From Gemmatimonadota bacterium (GTDB lineage: Bacteria > Gemmatimonadota > Gemmatimonadetes > Palauibacterales > Palauibacteraceae), in NCBI GenBank assembly GCA_965116475.1, contig OZ220691.1, forward strand, positions 2,944,001-3,008,000: DNA of 64,000 bases. The letters are read 5' to 3'. The notes under the pieces are model-generated. The model made no database searches and was not told where the DNA came from. It saw only the letters and a list, made by a program, of their open reading frames with translations. Positions 47,826 to 57,611 of this stretch are shown here, one piece after another; the first letter of the stretch is position 1; the number at the start of each line of letters is the position of its first letter. The position numbers and the translations under genes are program-made.

Positions 47826-47842
47826 GGTCCGAACAGCTGAGG
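47813..47842. repeat. 15-bp tandem duplication over a stop codon
   Basis: TCCGAACAGTTGAGG then TCCGAACAGCTGAGG. Confidence 0.85.
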
Positions 47843-47872
47843 ATGGGAATCGATGCCGGCAGGCGCGCCGGA

Positions 47873-48604
47873 TCAGACACCGATCCTCGGACACTCGGGT
47901 TCGAGCGGACATTCCCCGCAGCGCGGGGCCCGGGCGAGGCAGAGCGAGCGGCCGAACGTGATGAGCAGCATGTGCATGCGGAAACGCTCGGAGGGTGGGA
48001 CAGTGCGCGAGAGGGCGGCGTAGGTCGCGTCGGCTGAAGCCCGCGGGGGGACCCACGCGAGGCGCCGCGCGATCCGGAGGACGTGCGTATCGACCGGGAG
48101 TACGGGTCGGCGGAGCGAGAAGCAGAGCACGCACGCGGCGGTCTTCACGCCGACTCCCCGGAAGGTCGTGAGGTAGGCGATCGCCTCCTCATCGCCCATC
48201 TCCTCGAGGTGATCGAGCGTGATGCGCCCCACCTCGGCGCGGAGCCGCTCGAGGGCGGCGTGGATGGCCGGCGCCTTCTGGTTCGCGAGGCCGGCGACGC
48301 GCACGGCGTCCTGGAGCTCGGCCGGCGTGGCCCGAAGCACGGATTCCCACGAGATCGGGCCGGGGCGAGACGCTCCGCCCGCCGTTTTCCCGGCTCCCCC
48401 GGCTTCTCCGGCCGGATACCGCGCCGCGAGCGTTCGCCAGGCGCGATCCCGGTTCTCGTCGGTCGTCGACTGGCTGAGGATGGTGAGGACGAGTTCGTCC
48501 AGAGGGGCGAGGCGAGGCTTGTCGGGGACCGCGAAGCGCTCGGACAGGCGCCCGAGGACGAGGTCGGTCCCCGGACTCCGCGTCGCCTGAGGGCTGGAAT
48601 TCAC
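47873..48604 (-). CDS. nth: endonuclease III-family DNA glycosylase
   Basis: LVLTILSQSTTD, HhH GVGVKTA, PVDTHV, C-x6-C-x2-C-x5-C. Confidence 0.85.
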   Translation of the reverse strand: MNSSPQATRSPGTDLVLGRLSERFAVPDKPRLAPLDELVLTILSQSTTDENRDRAWRTLAARYPAGEAGGAGKTAGGASRPGPISWESVLRATPAELQDAVRVAGLANQKAPAIHAALERLRAEVGRITLDHLEEMGDEEAIAYLTTFRGVGVKTAACVLCFSLRRPVLPVDTHVLRIARRLAWVPPRASADATYAALSRTVPPSERFRMHMLLITFGRSLCLARAPRCGECPLEPECPRIGV

Positions 48605-48749
48605 GTGTGGCGTCTCTCCCCTGCCGCGGACCGCCGGGACCGGCGCGACTCCCGCCCTCCGGGCGAACCTTCTACGTTTGCGCCTGCCGAATTTACCCGG
48701 AGGCCGCGAACTCCAGCAACGAGCCGCAGGGCTCGTGAGGACCTGACGC

Positions 48750-50192
48750 TTGGATCCCCGTCTGACCGAGGGCCGCAACCCTCGTACACGCGCCATCGAC
48801 CGCGCGGACAGCGCGACGATCGTCCGCATGATACAGGCGGAAGATCGCGCCGTGCCGGAGGCCGTCGCCGCGCAGGCGTCGGTGCTCGCACGCGTCATCG
48901 ATGATGTCGTGGAGCGCTTCCGTCGGGGCGGTCGTCTCGTCTACGTCGGTGCGGGGACGAGTGGCCGCCTGGGCGTGCTCGACGCGGCGGAGTGTCCGCC
49001 GACGTTCGGCGTAGCCCCGGACCTCGTGCAGGCGATCATTGCGGGGGGCTCCGGCGCGCTCGTGCGGAGCGCGGAGGGGGCGGAGGATTCCCGGAACGGG
49101 GGAGCCGAGGCGGTCCGGACGTTCGGCGTGTCGGCCGCGGACCTCGTGCTCGGGATCGCGACGTCGGGGACGACGCCGTACGTCCTCGGGGCGCTGGCGG
49201 AGGCGGCGTCGCGCGGCGCGGGAACCGCGTTTCTCGGCTGCACCGCACCGTCCTCGGAGGTCGCGGAACTCGCGGACCACCTCATCCTGCCGCTCGTCGG
49301 GCCCGAGGTCATCGCCGGTTCGACGCGCATGAAGGCGGGGACGGCGACCAAGCTTGTGCTCAACACGATCACCACGGGAGCGATGATCCGCAGCGGCCGC
49401 GTGTTCGAGAACCTCATGGTCGACCTGCGGGCGCGATCGGCGAAACTCGTCGACCGCGGGCTCCGCATTTTCGTTGCGCTCACGGGGACATCGCGCGAGG
49501 AGGCGCGCCGCGCGCTGATCCGCACCGGCGGCGCGGTGAAGACGGCGCTTGCGATGCACGCGCTGGGCGTCGACCGCGCCCTGGCCGAGCGATACCTCGA
49601 CTGCGCGGACGGCTTCCTGGGCCTCGCGGTCGAGCGCTTCGGCGGCGCGGAGCGTCCGTGTTACGGCGGCTACCCGGCGGCGCCGGGCCGGCCAGACGGC
49701 GCGGCGCTGCTCGCGCGGCTGGGCGCCGCGCCGGCGCGGCTCGCCGCCGCGCGCGCGGCGGGCGCCGCGGCCGAGGCGGAGGGGCAGCGCATCGCGGCGC
49801 GCGGAGCCGCGTGGACGCCGGGCCAGCACGCCGCGCACCTGGCGGACTTCGAGCGGAGCGCCGTGCGGCCGCGAGTCGAGCGGTGGCTCGCGGCCGCCGA
49901 CTCGAAAGGGTCCCTCCCCACGTTCGACGACTGGACCGCGAACGCCCGCGCGCCCGCCCGCGGCTTCGAGACCGGAGTGGCCGGTTTCTCCGCGGAAAGG
50001 GCGGTCACGGTGGCGGCGGTGGCCGATGGTCCGGAGCCGGTCGCGGCGGCCCTCTCCCGCTGCGCACGCATCGGCTCCGAGACGTTGACGCTGTATCAGT
50101 TTCTGCGGGGCGTCGCGCAGCACGATGCCGCGCACGAGATGAGGTTGCAGGAGCGCGTGCACCCGGCACTGCTGGCCGAGGCGGACCGGTGA
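48750..50192 (+). CDS. murQ: N-acetylmuramic acid 6-phosphate etherase with an extra C-terminal DinB-like domain
   Basis: TEGRNP, GAGTSGRLGVLDAAECPPTF, GPEVIAGSTRMKAGTATK; about 170 extra C-terminal residues. Confidence 0.92.
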   Translation: MDPRLTEGRNPRTRAIDRADSATIVRMIQAEDRAVPEAVAAQASVLARVIDDVVERFRRGGRLVYVGAGTSGRLGVLDAAECPPTFGVAPDLVQAIIAGGSGALVRSAEGAEDSRNGGAEAVRTFGVSAADLVLGIATSGTTPYVLGALAEAASRGAGTAFLGCTAPSSEVAELADHLILPLVGPEVIAGSTRMKAGTATKLVLNTITTGAMIRSGRVFENLMVDLRARSAKLVDRGLRIFVALTGTSREEARRALIRTGGAVKTALAMHALGVDRALAERYLDCADGFLGLAVERFGGAERPCYGGYPAAPGRPDGAALLARLGAAPARLAAARAAGAAAEAEGQRIAARGAAWTPGQHAAHLADFERSAVRPRVERWLAAADSKGSLPTFDDWTANARAPARGFETGVAGFSAERAVTVAAVADGPEPVAAALSRCARIGSETLTLYQFLRGVAQHDAAHEMRLQERVHPALLAEADR

Positions 50193-51316
50193 CCCTCTGG
50201 ATCGGCGTGATGTCGGGCACTTCGCTGGACGGCATCGATGTCGCCGTCGTCGAGACGGCGGGAGACCGCGAGCGGCCGGCGGACTGGCGCGTCGTCGCCT
50301 TCGAGACGGAGAGCTACGACCGCGCCGTGCGCGGACGGATCGCCGGCGCCATCACCTCGGGGAGCGCCGCGGCGATCTGCGCGCTCGACTTCGAGCTGGG
50401 CGAGCGGATCGGTGCAGCCGTGAACCGGACGCTGGCTTCCGCCTCGCTCCGGCCGGCCGATGTCGAAGCCATCGGCAGCCACGGCCAGACCGTATGGCAC
50501 GAGCCGCCCGCGGGCGCCCGGGGAGGGTCGACGCTGCAACTCGGCCAGGCCGCGGTCATCGCCGAGCGCACCTCGTGCGCGGTGGTGTCGGACTTCCGCG
50601 TGCGGGACATGGCGGCGGGCGGGGAAGGCGCGCCCCTCACGGCCTATACCGACTTGCTCCTCTTCCGCGCACCGGAATCGCGCGCGATTCAGAACATCGG
50701 CGGCATCAGCAACGTGACGGCGCTCCCCGCCGAAACCAGCGGGGCGACGCCGCAGGCCTACGATACCGGTCCCGGGGTCGTGCTCATCGATGGGGCGGTC
50801 GAGTGCCTTACGGAAGGGCGATCGCGCTTCGACCGCGACGGAGGGATGGCGCGGCGCGGGGCGGTGAGCGAAGACGCGCTCTCCGATTGGCTGAGCGATC
50901 CCTTCTTCCGCCAGCCCCCGCCCCGGTCGACGGGACGCGAGCGCTTCTCGCGGGACCGGCTGCTGGAATGGCTGCGGCGCCACGCCACGCTTTCGCCCGA
51001 AGACACGATCGCCACCCTGACGGAACTCACCGCGCGCACGATCGCGGACGCCTATCGATGGATCGAAGAGCGGCCTGCGGCGTGCTATCTCGGCGGCGGC
51101 GGAGCCCGGAACCCGGTGCTCGCAGCGCGAATCGAGCAGCTGCTGGATCCGATGCCCGTCCGCGACCTGTCCGCCCTCGGCCTCGACGCGGATGCGCGCG
51201 AGGCCGTGGCCTTCGCGCTCCTGGCGAGACAGCATGTGCTCGGGTATCCCGCCAACGCGCCGTGGGCCACGGGGGCGAGCGGTCCCCGCCTGCTCGGAGT
51301 GCGGACCGCCGCGTGA
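50189..51316 (+). CDS. anmK: anhydro-N-acetylmuramic acid kinase
   Basis: GVMSGTSLDGID, GSHGQT, DFRVRDMAAGGEGAPL, NIGGISN, DTGPG, STGRE. Confidence 0.95.
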   Translation: MTLWIGVMSGTSLDGIDVAVVETAGDRERPADWRVVAFETESYDRAVRGRIAGAITSGSAAAICALDFELGERIGAAVNRTLASASLRPADVEAIGSHGQTVWHEPPAGARGGSTLQLGQAAVIAERTSCAVVSDFRVRDMAAGGEGAPLTAYTDLLLFRAPESRAIQNIGGISNVTALPAETSGATPQAYDTGPGVVLIDGAVECLTEGRSRFDRDGGMARRGAVSEDALSDWLSDPFFRQPPPRSTGRERFSRDRLLEWLRRHATLSPEDTIATLTELTARTIADAYRWIEERPAACYLGGGGARNPVLAARIEQLLDPMPVRDLSALGLDADAREAVAFALLARQHVLGYPANAPWATGASGPRLLGVRTAA

Positions 51317-52773
51317 CCCGGTCCGACGTGGACCCCGCCCGGGTCGTCATCGAGGCGCTCCGGCTCGACCGCTGGTCTCCGGCTGAAGTGGAGAGGCGTG
51401 CGGACCGGGCGCTCGCCCTCGGCGTGGGGGGGTTCATCCTGTTCGGCGGCGAAGCGGAACGCGTCGGTCGTCTGGTCGAACGGATCCGCGACGACGCGGC
51501 GTGGCCGCTCTGGATCGGGGCGGACCTCGAACGGGGCGCGGGTCAGCAGATCCGGGGCCTGATCGAGTTGCCCCCGCCCGCCGCGCTCGCGGCCCGCCCG
51601 CGTCCCGATGCCGCCGTCGTGGCGGCGGGTCGCGTCACCGCCCGGGAAGCGCTCTCCATCGGGATCAACTGGGTGATCGCGCCGGTGCTGGATCTGGATG
51701 CGGAACCTGACAATCCGATCATCGCCACGCGCAGTTTCGGCGCGGACCCGCGGCGGGTCGCGGAACTGGGCGGCCGCTGGATCGACGCCTGCCAGTCCGC
51801 CGGCGCCGCGGCGTGCGCGAAGCACTTTCCGGGTCACGGCAGGACGACGGAGGATTCGCATATCGGACTCCCCTCCATCGACGCCCCGGCCGGGCTTCTG
51901 GAGGAGGATCTCGCGCCTTTCGCGGCGGCGGCGGACCGGGTCGCCAGCGTGATGGTGGCGCACGTCGCGTATCCGGCACTCGGCGGCGAGCGGGCGGCGA
52001 CGGTGGAGCCGAATATCGTCTCGGGGCTCCTTCGCGGACGGCTGGGCTTCGAAGGGGTCGTGACCACGGACGCCATGATCATGGGCGGCGCCGGCCCCGA
52101 CGATGCAGGCGCCGCCGTCGAGGCGGTCGCCGCGGGGTGCGATCTCATCTGCTATCCCGGCGATGCCGGCGCGACGGTCGCGGCGCTGGCGCGGGCCGCC
52201 GAAGACCCGCGCTTCGCCGCCAAGCTGGAGGAGGCCTCGATCCGGTCGGCCCGCAACTGCCCGTCCTCCGCGCGGGCATCGCGGCCGGAGTTCGAGTCGG
52301 TCGCCTTCGCGCGCGATACGATCGCGGGCGATCCGGAGATCCTGCGCGGCTGGACGCCGCGGGCACCGACGCGGGTCGTCGGCGTGTCGGACGACCCGGA
52401 TGTCGGGCCCCCGGCCGGCCGCGCCGGAGCGTTGGGCACGATCGTCGCCGACGACTTGCGCGCGGCCGGCTGGCGGGTCACGGACAGCCCCGACGCCGGA
52501 CAGTGCATCGTCGTGCTCGCCGCGACGCCGCGCGGCTGGAAGGGCCGGGGTGCGCCCGCGGCCGAGGTCGTCGAGCGGACGCGCGCCCTCGTCCACTCCG
52601 CCCGCCGCGGTCTCGTCGTACTGCTCGGCCACCGCCGCTGGCTCGAGGTGCTCGGCGTCCCCGGCATCTGCGCGTGGTCCACCGAGACCGTGATGGAACG
52701 GGCCGCCGCGGACTGGCTGCGCGTCGCAGCCGGCGCGGCGGCGGGAACAGGGCCCGCCGGGGTGGACCGCTGA
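51313..52773 (+). CDS. nagZ: GH3 beta-N-acetylhexosaminidase
   Basis: ADLERG, APVLD, RSFG, KHFPGHGRTTEDSH, TDAMIM. Confidence 0.85.
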   Translation: MTRSDVDPARVVIEALRLDRWSPAEVERRADRALALGVGGFILFGGEAERVGRLVERIRDDAAWPLWIGADLERGAGQQIRGLIELPPPAALAARPRPDAAVVAAGRVTAREALSIGINWVIAPVLDLDAEPDNPIIATRSFGADPRRVAELGGRWIDACQSAGAAACAKHFPGHGRTTEDSHIGLPSIDAPAGLLEEDLAPFAAAADRVASVMVAHVAYPALGGERAATVEPNIVSGLLRGRLGFEGVVTTDAMIMGGAGPDDAGAAVEAVAAGCDLICYPGDAGATVAALARAAEDPRFAAKLEEASIRSARNCPSSARASRPEFESVAFARDTIAGDPEILRGWTPRAPTRVVGVSDDPDVGPPAGRAGALGTIVADDLRAAGWRVTDSPDAGQCIVVLAATPRGWKGRGAPAAEVVERTRALVHSARRGLVVLLGHRRWLEVLGVPGICAWSTETVMERAAADWLRVAAGAAAGTGPAGVDR

Positions 52774-54533
52774 GTCCGGTCGACTGGTGGATCGTCGCGA
52801 TCTATCTCGCCCTCACGTTCGGTGTCGGCCTGTGGCTCTCGCGCCGGGCCCGCGGGAGCATCGTCGACTTCTTCGTCGGCGGGCGCGCACTGCCGTGGTG
52901 GCTCGCGGGCACGTCGATGGCCGCGACCACGTTCTCGGTGGATACGCCGCTCTATGTCTCGGCCCTCATCGCGCGCCGGGGCATCGCCGGCAACTGGGAA
53001 TGGTGGTCCTTCGGCCTCTCCCACCTCCTTCTCATCTACCTCTTCGCGCGTCTGTGGCGCCGCGCCGGAATCGTCACGGACGTGGAACTGACGGAACTTC
53101 GCTACGGCGGCCGCCCCGCCGCCGTCCTGCGGGCCACGCGCGCCTTCCTGTTCGCGGTTCCGATCAACTGCATCTCGATCGGCTTCGTGATGCTGGCCAT
53201 GCGCAAGGTCGTCGAGGCTCTCGGGCTCCTCCCGGACCTGTCCGGCTGGATGCCGGGAGACGAGCGCCTGTGGGCCGTCGTGGCCCTCTCCATCTTCGTG
53301 CTCGCCTACGCGAGCATCGCCGGGCTGTGGGGTGTCGTCGCGACGGACTTCTTCCAGTTCTTTCTCGCGCTCTTCGGAGCCATTCTCGTGGCCGCCTTCG
53401 CCCTGGCGGAAATCGGGGGGATCGCGGAACTCAAGGCGCAACTCGCGGCGGCGGGGCGGAGCGATGCCCTGGGGATGGTCCCCCGGCCGGGCTCCGAAGC
53501 CCTCCCGTTCGGCACCTTCCTCGCCTACCTCGGCATACAGTGGTGGGCCTTCCGCCGGTCCGACGGCGGGGGCGAGTTCGTGCAGCGCCTCCTCGCCTGC
53601 CGCACCGAAGCGGACGCGGAGCGCGCTGCCTGGTGGTTCGTGTGGCTTCACTACGTCGTCCGCGCGTGGCCCTGGGTGCTCGTCGGACTCGTGGCCGTCG
53701 TCGTCTTCCCGGATCTGGCCGATCCCGATCTGGGGTACCCGATGCTGATGCTGCGCTACCTTCCCGCCGGCCTCCTGGGACTCGTCGTCGCATCGTTCTT
53801 CGCCGCCTTCATGTCGACCGTGTCGACGCAGATCAACTGGGGCGCGAGCTATCTCGTGAACGACCTCTACGCCCGCTTCGTCGACCCGGACGCCTCGTCC
53901 GCGCGACTCGTCCTGCTGGGCCGGCTCGCTTCGGTCTGCATCGTTGCGGCCGCGACGGCGGCGGCGTTCTTCGCCAATGACATCGGGGCGCTGTTTCGTT
54001 TCATGATCGCCATCGGCACGGGGCCGGGGGCCGTGCTCATCCTGCGCTGGTTCTGGTGGCGGGTGAACGCCTGGGCTGAACTCGCCTCCATGCTTGCCGG
54101 CTTCGCCATCGCGCTCTGCTCCTATCTCCCGGCCTTCGGTGCGATGGAGTTCGGGACGCGGCTCGCGCTCACCGCCTTCGGTTCGGCGGCGGTCTGGCTT
54201 CCCGTGATGTGGTTCACGCGCCCGGAGGACGAGGCGACGCTGCTGGCGTTCTATCGACGGGTGCGGCCCGCCGGGCCGGGCTGGCGCGCGGTCCGCGAGC
54301 GCGCGGGTGTTTCTCCCGACTTCCCCCTCCGCGAAGCGCTCCTGCGGACGGCGGGGGCGACGCTGCTCCTGTTCGGGGCGATGTTCGCCCTCGGAGGCAT
54401 GCTGCTGCTCGAGCCGCGAACCGCCACCCTTTCCGCCGCCGTGGCCGTTCTGGGCGGCGCCGGGCTCTGGATCCTGCGTCGCTCCTCTCCCCGGAGAAGC
54501 CCCCGGAAAGCGCTTCACCGCTCTCGGCGCTGA
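52770..54533 (+). CDS. sodium:solute symporter family protein
   Basis: DFFVGGRALPWWLAGTSMAATTF, ELRYGG, TDFFQF, AAFMSTVSTQINWG; start placed at CTG 52770 by inference. Confidence 0.9.
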   Translation: MSPVDWWIVAIYLALTFGVGLWLSRRARGSIVDFFVGGRALPWWLAGTSMAATTFSVDTPLYVSALIARRGIAGNWEWWSFGLSHLLLIYLFARLWRRAGIVTDVELTELRYGGRPAAVLRATRAFLFAVPINCISIGFVMLAMRKVVEALGLLPDLSGWMPGDERLWAVVALSIFVLAYASIAGLWGVVATDFFQFFLALFGAILVAAFALAEIGGIAELKAQLAAAGRSDALGMVPRPGSEALPFGTFLAYLGIQWWAFRRSDGGGEFVQRLLACRTEADAERAAWWFVWLHYVVRAWPWVLVGLVAVVVFPDLADPDLGYPMLMLRYLPAGLLGLVVASFFAAFMSTVSTQINWGASYLVNDLYARFVDPDASSARLVLLGRLASVCIVAAATAAAFFANDIGALFRFMIAIGTGPGAVLILRWFWWRVNAWAELASMLAGFAIALCSYLPAFGAMEFGTRLALTAFGSAAVWLPVMWFTRPEDEATLLAFYRRVRPAGPGWRAVRERAGVSPDFPLREALLRTAGATLLLFGAMFALGGMLLLEPRTATLSAAVAVLGGAGLWILRRSSPRRSPRKALHRSRR

Positions 54534-54585
54534 CGCGGGGTTTTGCCACGGGGCGCCGGCACCCCTTCCGCCGCGGTTTCCCGGC

Positions 54586-54614
54586 TTGACCACAACATAT
54601 GGTGTAGTTATCAT
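54586..54614 (+). promoter_or_regulatory. sigma70-type promoter of nrdJ
   Basis: TTGACC - 17 bp - TATCAT. Confidence 0.75.
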
Positions 54615-54637
54615 TTGAAGGCCACTACATATAGCGG
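54590..54637. promoter_or_regulatory. tandem NrdR boxes
   Basis: CCACAACATATGGTGT (54590-54605) and CCACTACATATAGCGG (54622-54637), 32 bp apart, matching the acaCwAtATaTwGtgt pattern and overlapping the promoter of an RNR gene. Confidence 0.88.
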
Positions 54638-54641
54638 TACG

Positions 54642-54708
54642 TGTGGAAAAAACACGGATTTTGTGTGGAAAAGCTGTGGAGTCGTGGAAAACCGCCCGAC
54701 GATCCACA
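54642..54708. promoter_or_regulatory. cluster of DnaA-box-like 9-mers
   Basis: TGTGGAAAA at 54642 and 54664, TGTGGAGTC 54675, CGTGGAAAA 54683, CGATCCACA 54700. Confidence 0.55.
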
Positions 54709-54890
54709 GCGATCGCATTCGGAGAACCAGAACGATGGGCGCGGGGTAACGTCGATCTCCGCGCCCGTCAGGCTTCCCGGCCTAGGCCGGCATTCGACTC
54801 GCGCGGTCGTCGGGTCCCGGCCGAAGCCGGTTTTTTCCGCGGATTGACCTGATTTGTGGACGGTCGAGAACAGGAAGGCGGGGGGCGGCA

Positions 54891-57530
54891 ATGAATCCAC
54901 CGGATGTGGCGGTGCGGGAGGGCGCGGCGACCAGCGCCCCGGTGCGGGGTGAGATGCGGATGGGCTCCAATGCCAGGCCGGCCGACCTCGCCGAGCCGGG
55001 ACTTGCCGAGAACGCGCGGACGGTGCTGGCGCGCCGGTATCTGAAGAAGAACGATCGCGGCGAGCCGATCGAGGGGCCGCGCGACCTCTTCTGGCGCGTG
55101 GCCGATGTCGTCGCGTCGCAGGATGGCCGCTACGGAGCGACGGACGAGGCGGTCCTCGAGCGCACGGAGCGCTTCTATCACCTGATGGCCGACGGCATCT
55201 TCGAGCCGAACAGCCCCACGCTCATGAACGCCGGGCGCCCGCTCGGGCAGCTCTCCGCGTGTTTCGTGCTTCCCGTACCGGACAGCCTCGACGGCATCTA
55301 CGAGACGCTGCGGGACATGGCCCTCATCCATCAGAGCGGGGGCGGCACCGGGTTCGGCTTCAGTCGCCTCCGTCCGTCCGGTGACGTCGTCAAGTCGACG
55401 ATGGGCGTCGCGAGCGGCCCGGTCAGTTTCATGGAGGTCTATGACGCCTCGACCGAGGCCGTGAAGCAGGGCGGCACGCGGCGGGGCGCGAACATGGGCA
55501 TCCTGCGCGTCGATCATCCGGACATCCGCCATTTCATCGAGTGCAAGGCGGACAAGAACCGGATCACGAACTTCAACATCTCGGTCGGTGTCACCGACGC
55601 CTTCATGGCGGCGGTCCGGACGGGCTCGGACTACGATCTCATCAGCCCGCGGACCGGCGATGTCGTGGATCAGTTGAACGCCGGAGAGGTGTTTTCGAGC
55701 ATCGTCTCCAGCGCGTGGCGGAACGGCGAGCCGGGGGTCTTCTTCATCGACGAGGCGAACCGCTACAACCCGGTCCCGCACCTCGGCGGCTACGAAGCCA
55801 CGAACCCGTGCGGCGAACAGCCGCTGCTCGCCTACGATGTATGCAATCTCGGCTCGATCAACGTCGGCTACTTCGTCGACGATCAGGGTCGGATCGACTG
55901 GGACGGGCTCGGCGGGGCCGTCCACGAATCGACCCGTTTCCTCGACAACGTCATCGACGCCAACCGCTACCCGCTTCCGAAGATCGAAGATCTTTCCCAG
56001 CGGATCCGCCGCGTCGGTCTCGGGGTCATGGGCTGGGCCGACATGCTCGTAAGGATCGGCGAACCCTACGGTTCCGAGCGCGCGGTCGAACTCGCGCGCG
56101 AGTTGATGGAGTTCGTCGACGAGGAATCCAAGGTCGAGTCCGAACGGCTGGCCGCCGAGCGCGGCGTCTTTCCCGAGTGGGAGCGATCGATCTGGGGTCC
56201 CGACGAGACCTGCGCCCGGGACGCCGACGGCAATCGGATCCGCCCCGAACGCAGGCTCCGCAACTGCAACCTGACAACGGTCGCCCCCACGGGGACCATT
56301 TCGATCATTGCGGGGTGTTCAAGCGGGATCGAACCACTGTTCGCGGTCGCATTCATGAGGAATCAGGCAGGCGTACTGATGCCGGATGTGAATCCGGACT
56401 TCGTGCGCCGTGCGAAGGAAGGGGGTTGGTACTCGGAGGAGCTGATGCAGCGCATCGCCGACGAGGGCCACATCCACTTCGATGAAGTGCCGGGGGATGT
56501 CCAGGGGATCTTCGTCACGGCGCACGATGTTCCGCCCGAGCAGCACATTCGCATGCAGGCCGCATTTCAGGCGCATTGCGACTCCGCCATCTCGAAGACG
56601 TGCAATTTTGCGACGACCGCCACGGAGGAGGACGTGCGCAAGATCTACGAGATGGCGTACGAGCTGCGGTGCAAGGGGGTTACCGTCTACCGCGACGGGT
56701 CGCGCGACGAGCAGGTGCTGTCGGCGGGCAGGACGGCGAAGGATGTGCAGCGCCAGACGAGCGAGAGCGGTTCGGCCGTGGCCGCGGACGGCGTCCAGCT
56801 CGAAGCCGTCGATGTGGATCCGGAACTCGCCGGAGATCTCGCGGACACGCTGACCCGGCTCGCCGCCGCGGAGGCGCAGAACAGCGAACTGCAGGCGCAC
56901 AACCGGAAGCTCGAGAATGCCGTCGAGCAGAAGCAGCGGCGGATCACCGAACTCGAAGGTTCCAGGATGCGCCGCGTCGAGAGGCGGCAACGGCCTGCCG
57001 TCCTGCGGGGTCACACCCGGCAGATCGAATCGCCGCTGGGTACGATGTACGTGACGATCAACGAGGACGATCAGGGGCGTCCGTTCGAGGTCTTCGTCGC
57101 CCTCGGCAAGACGGGAGGGGCGGCGATGGCGGATGCCGAAGCCATCGGACGGCTGTGCTCGCTCGCCCTGCGTTCGGGAATCACGTTGCGCGATGTACAC
57201 AAGCAGCTGCGCGGGATCTCTTCCGACCGGGCCGTCGGACTCGGGGCGAGCAAGGTGCTCTCCGGCCCCGACGCGATCGCTCAGGTCATCGAACGCTACC
57301 TGGAGGAGAAGGAAGGGATTCAGCAGACGCTGCCCATCGAGGACGTGGAGACCGCCCGGAGAAAGAACACCAATGGGGGCGCCCGGTCGGCGCAACGCCC
57401 CGTGATCGAGCGGTACCAGGAGTCGGCGGCCCGGCTCTTCCTCGGAGCGTGCTCGGAGTGCGGCAGCAGCCTCGCTTTTGAGGAAGGCTGCGCGAAGTGC
57501 TACGCTTGCGGCTACAGCGAGTGCGGCTGA
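54891..57530 (+). CDS. nrdJ: class II (B12-dependent) ribonucleotide reductase
   Basis: [51 protein letters not shown]-terminal TSCPD-like domain (LSGPD) and Zn ribbon; start may be 54960. Confidence 0.95.
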   Translation: MNPPDVAVREGAATSAPVRGEMRMGSNARPADLAEPGLAENARTVLARRYLKKNDRGEPIEGPRDLFWRVADVVASQDGRYGATDEAVLERTERFYHLMADGIFEPNSPTLMNAGRPLGQLSACFVLPVPDSLDGIYETLRDMALIHQSGGGTGFGFSRLRPSGDVVKSTMGVASGPVSFMEVYDASTEAVKQGGTRRGANMGILRVDHPDIRHFIECKADKNRITNFNISVGVTDAFMAAVRTGSDYDLISPRTGDVVDQLNAGEVFSSIVSSAWRNGEPGVFFIDEANRYNPVPHLGGYEATNPCGEQPLLAYDVCNLGSINVGYFVDDQGRIDWDGLGGAVHESTRFLDNVIDANRYPLPKIEDLSQRIRRVGLGVMGWADMLVRIGEPYGSERAVELARELMEFVDEESKVESERLAAERGVFPEWERSIWGPDETCARDADGNRIRPERRLRNCNLTTVAPTGTISIIAGCSSGIEPLFAVAFMRNQAGVLMPDVNPDFVRRAKEGGWYSEELMQRIADEGHIHFDEVPGDVQGIFVTAHDVPPEQHIRMQAAFQAHCDSAISKTCNFATTATEEDVRKIYEMAYELRCKGVTVYRDGSRDEQVLSAGRTAKDVQRQTSESGSAVAADGVQLEAVDVDPELAGDLADTLTRLAAAEAQNSELQAHNRKLENAVEQKQRRITELEGSRMRRVERRQRPAVLRGHTRQIESPLGTMYVTINEDDQGRPFEVFVALGKTGGAAMADAEAIGRLCSLALRSGITLRDVHKQLRGISSDRAVGLGASKVLSGPDAIAQVIERYLEEKEGIQQTLPIEDVETARRKNTNGGARSAQRPVIERYQESAARLFLGACSECGSSLAFEEGCAKCYACGYSECG

Positions 57531-57611
57531 CGCCAGAGGTTCGCCCGCGGCAGTAGATTCGGGTTGGATCGGCGCCTGGCCATCCGCGCACCGAACCGCC
57601 GGGGGAAGCCC

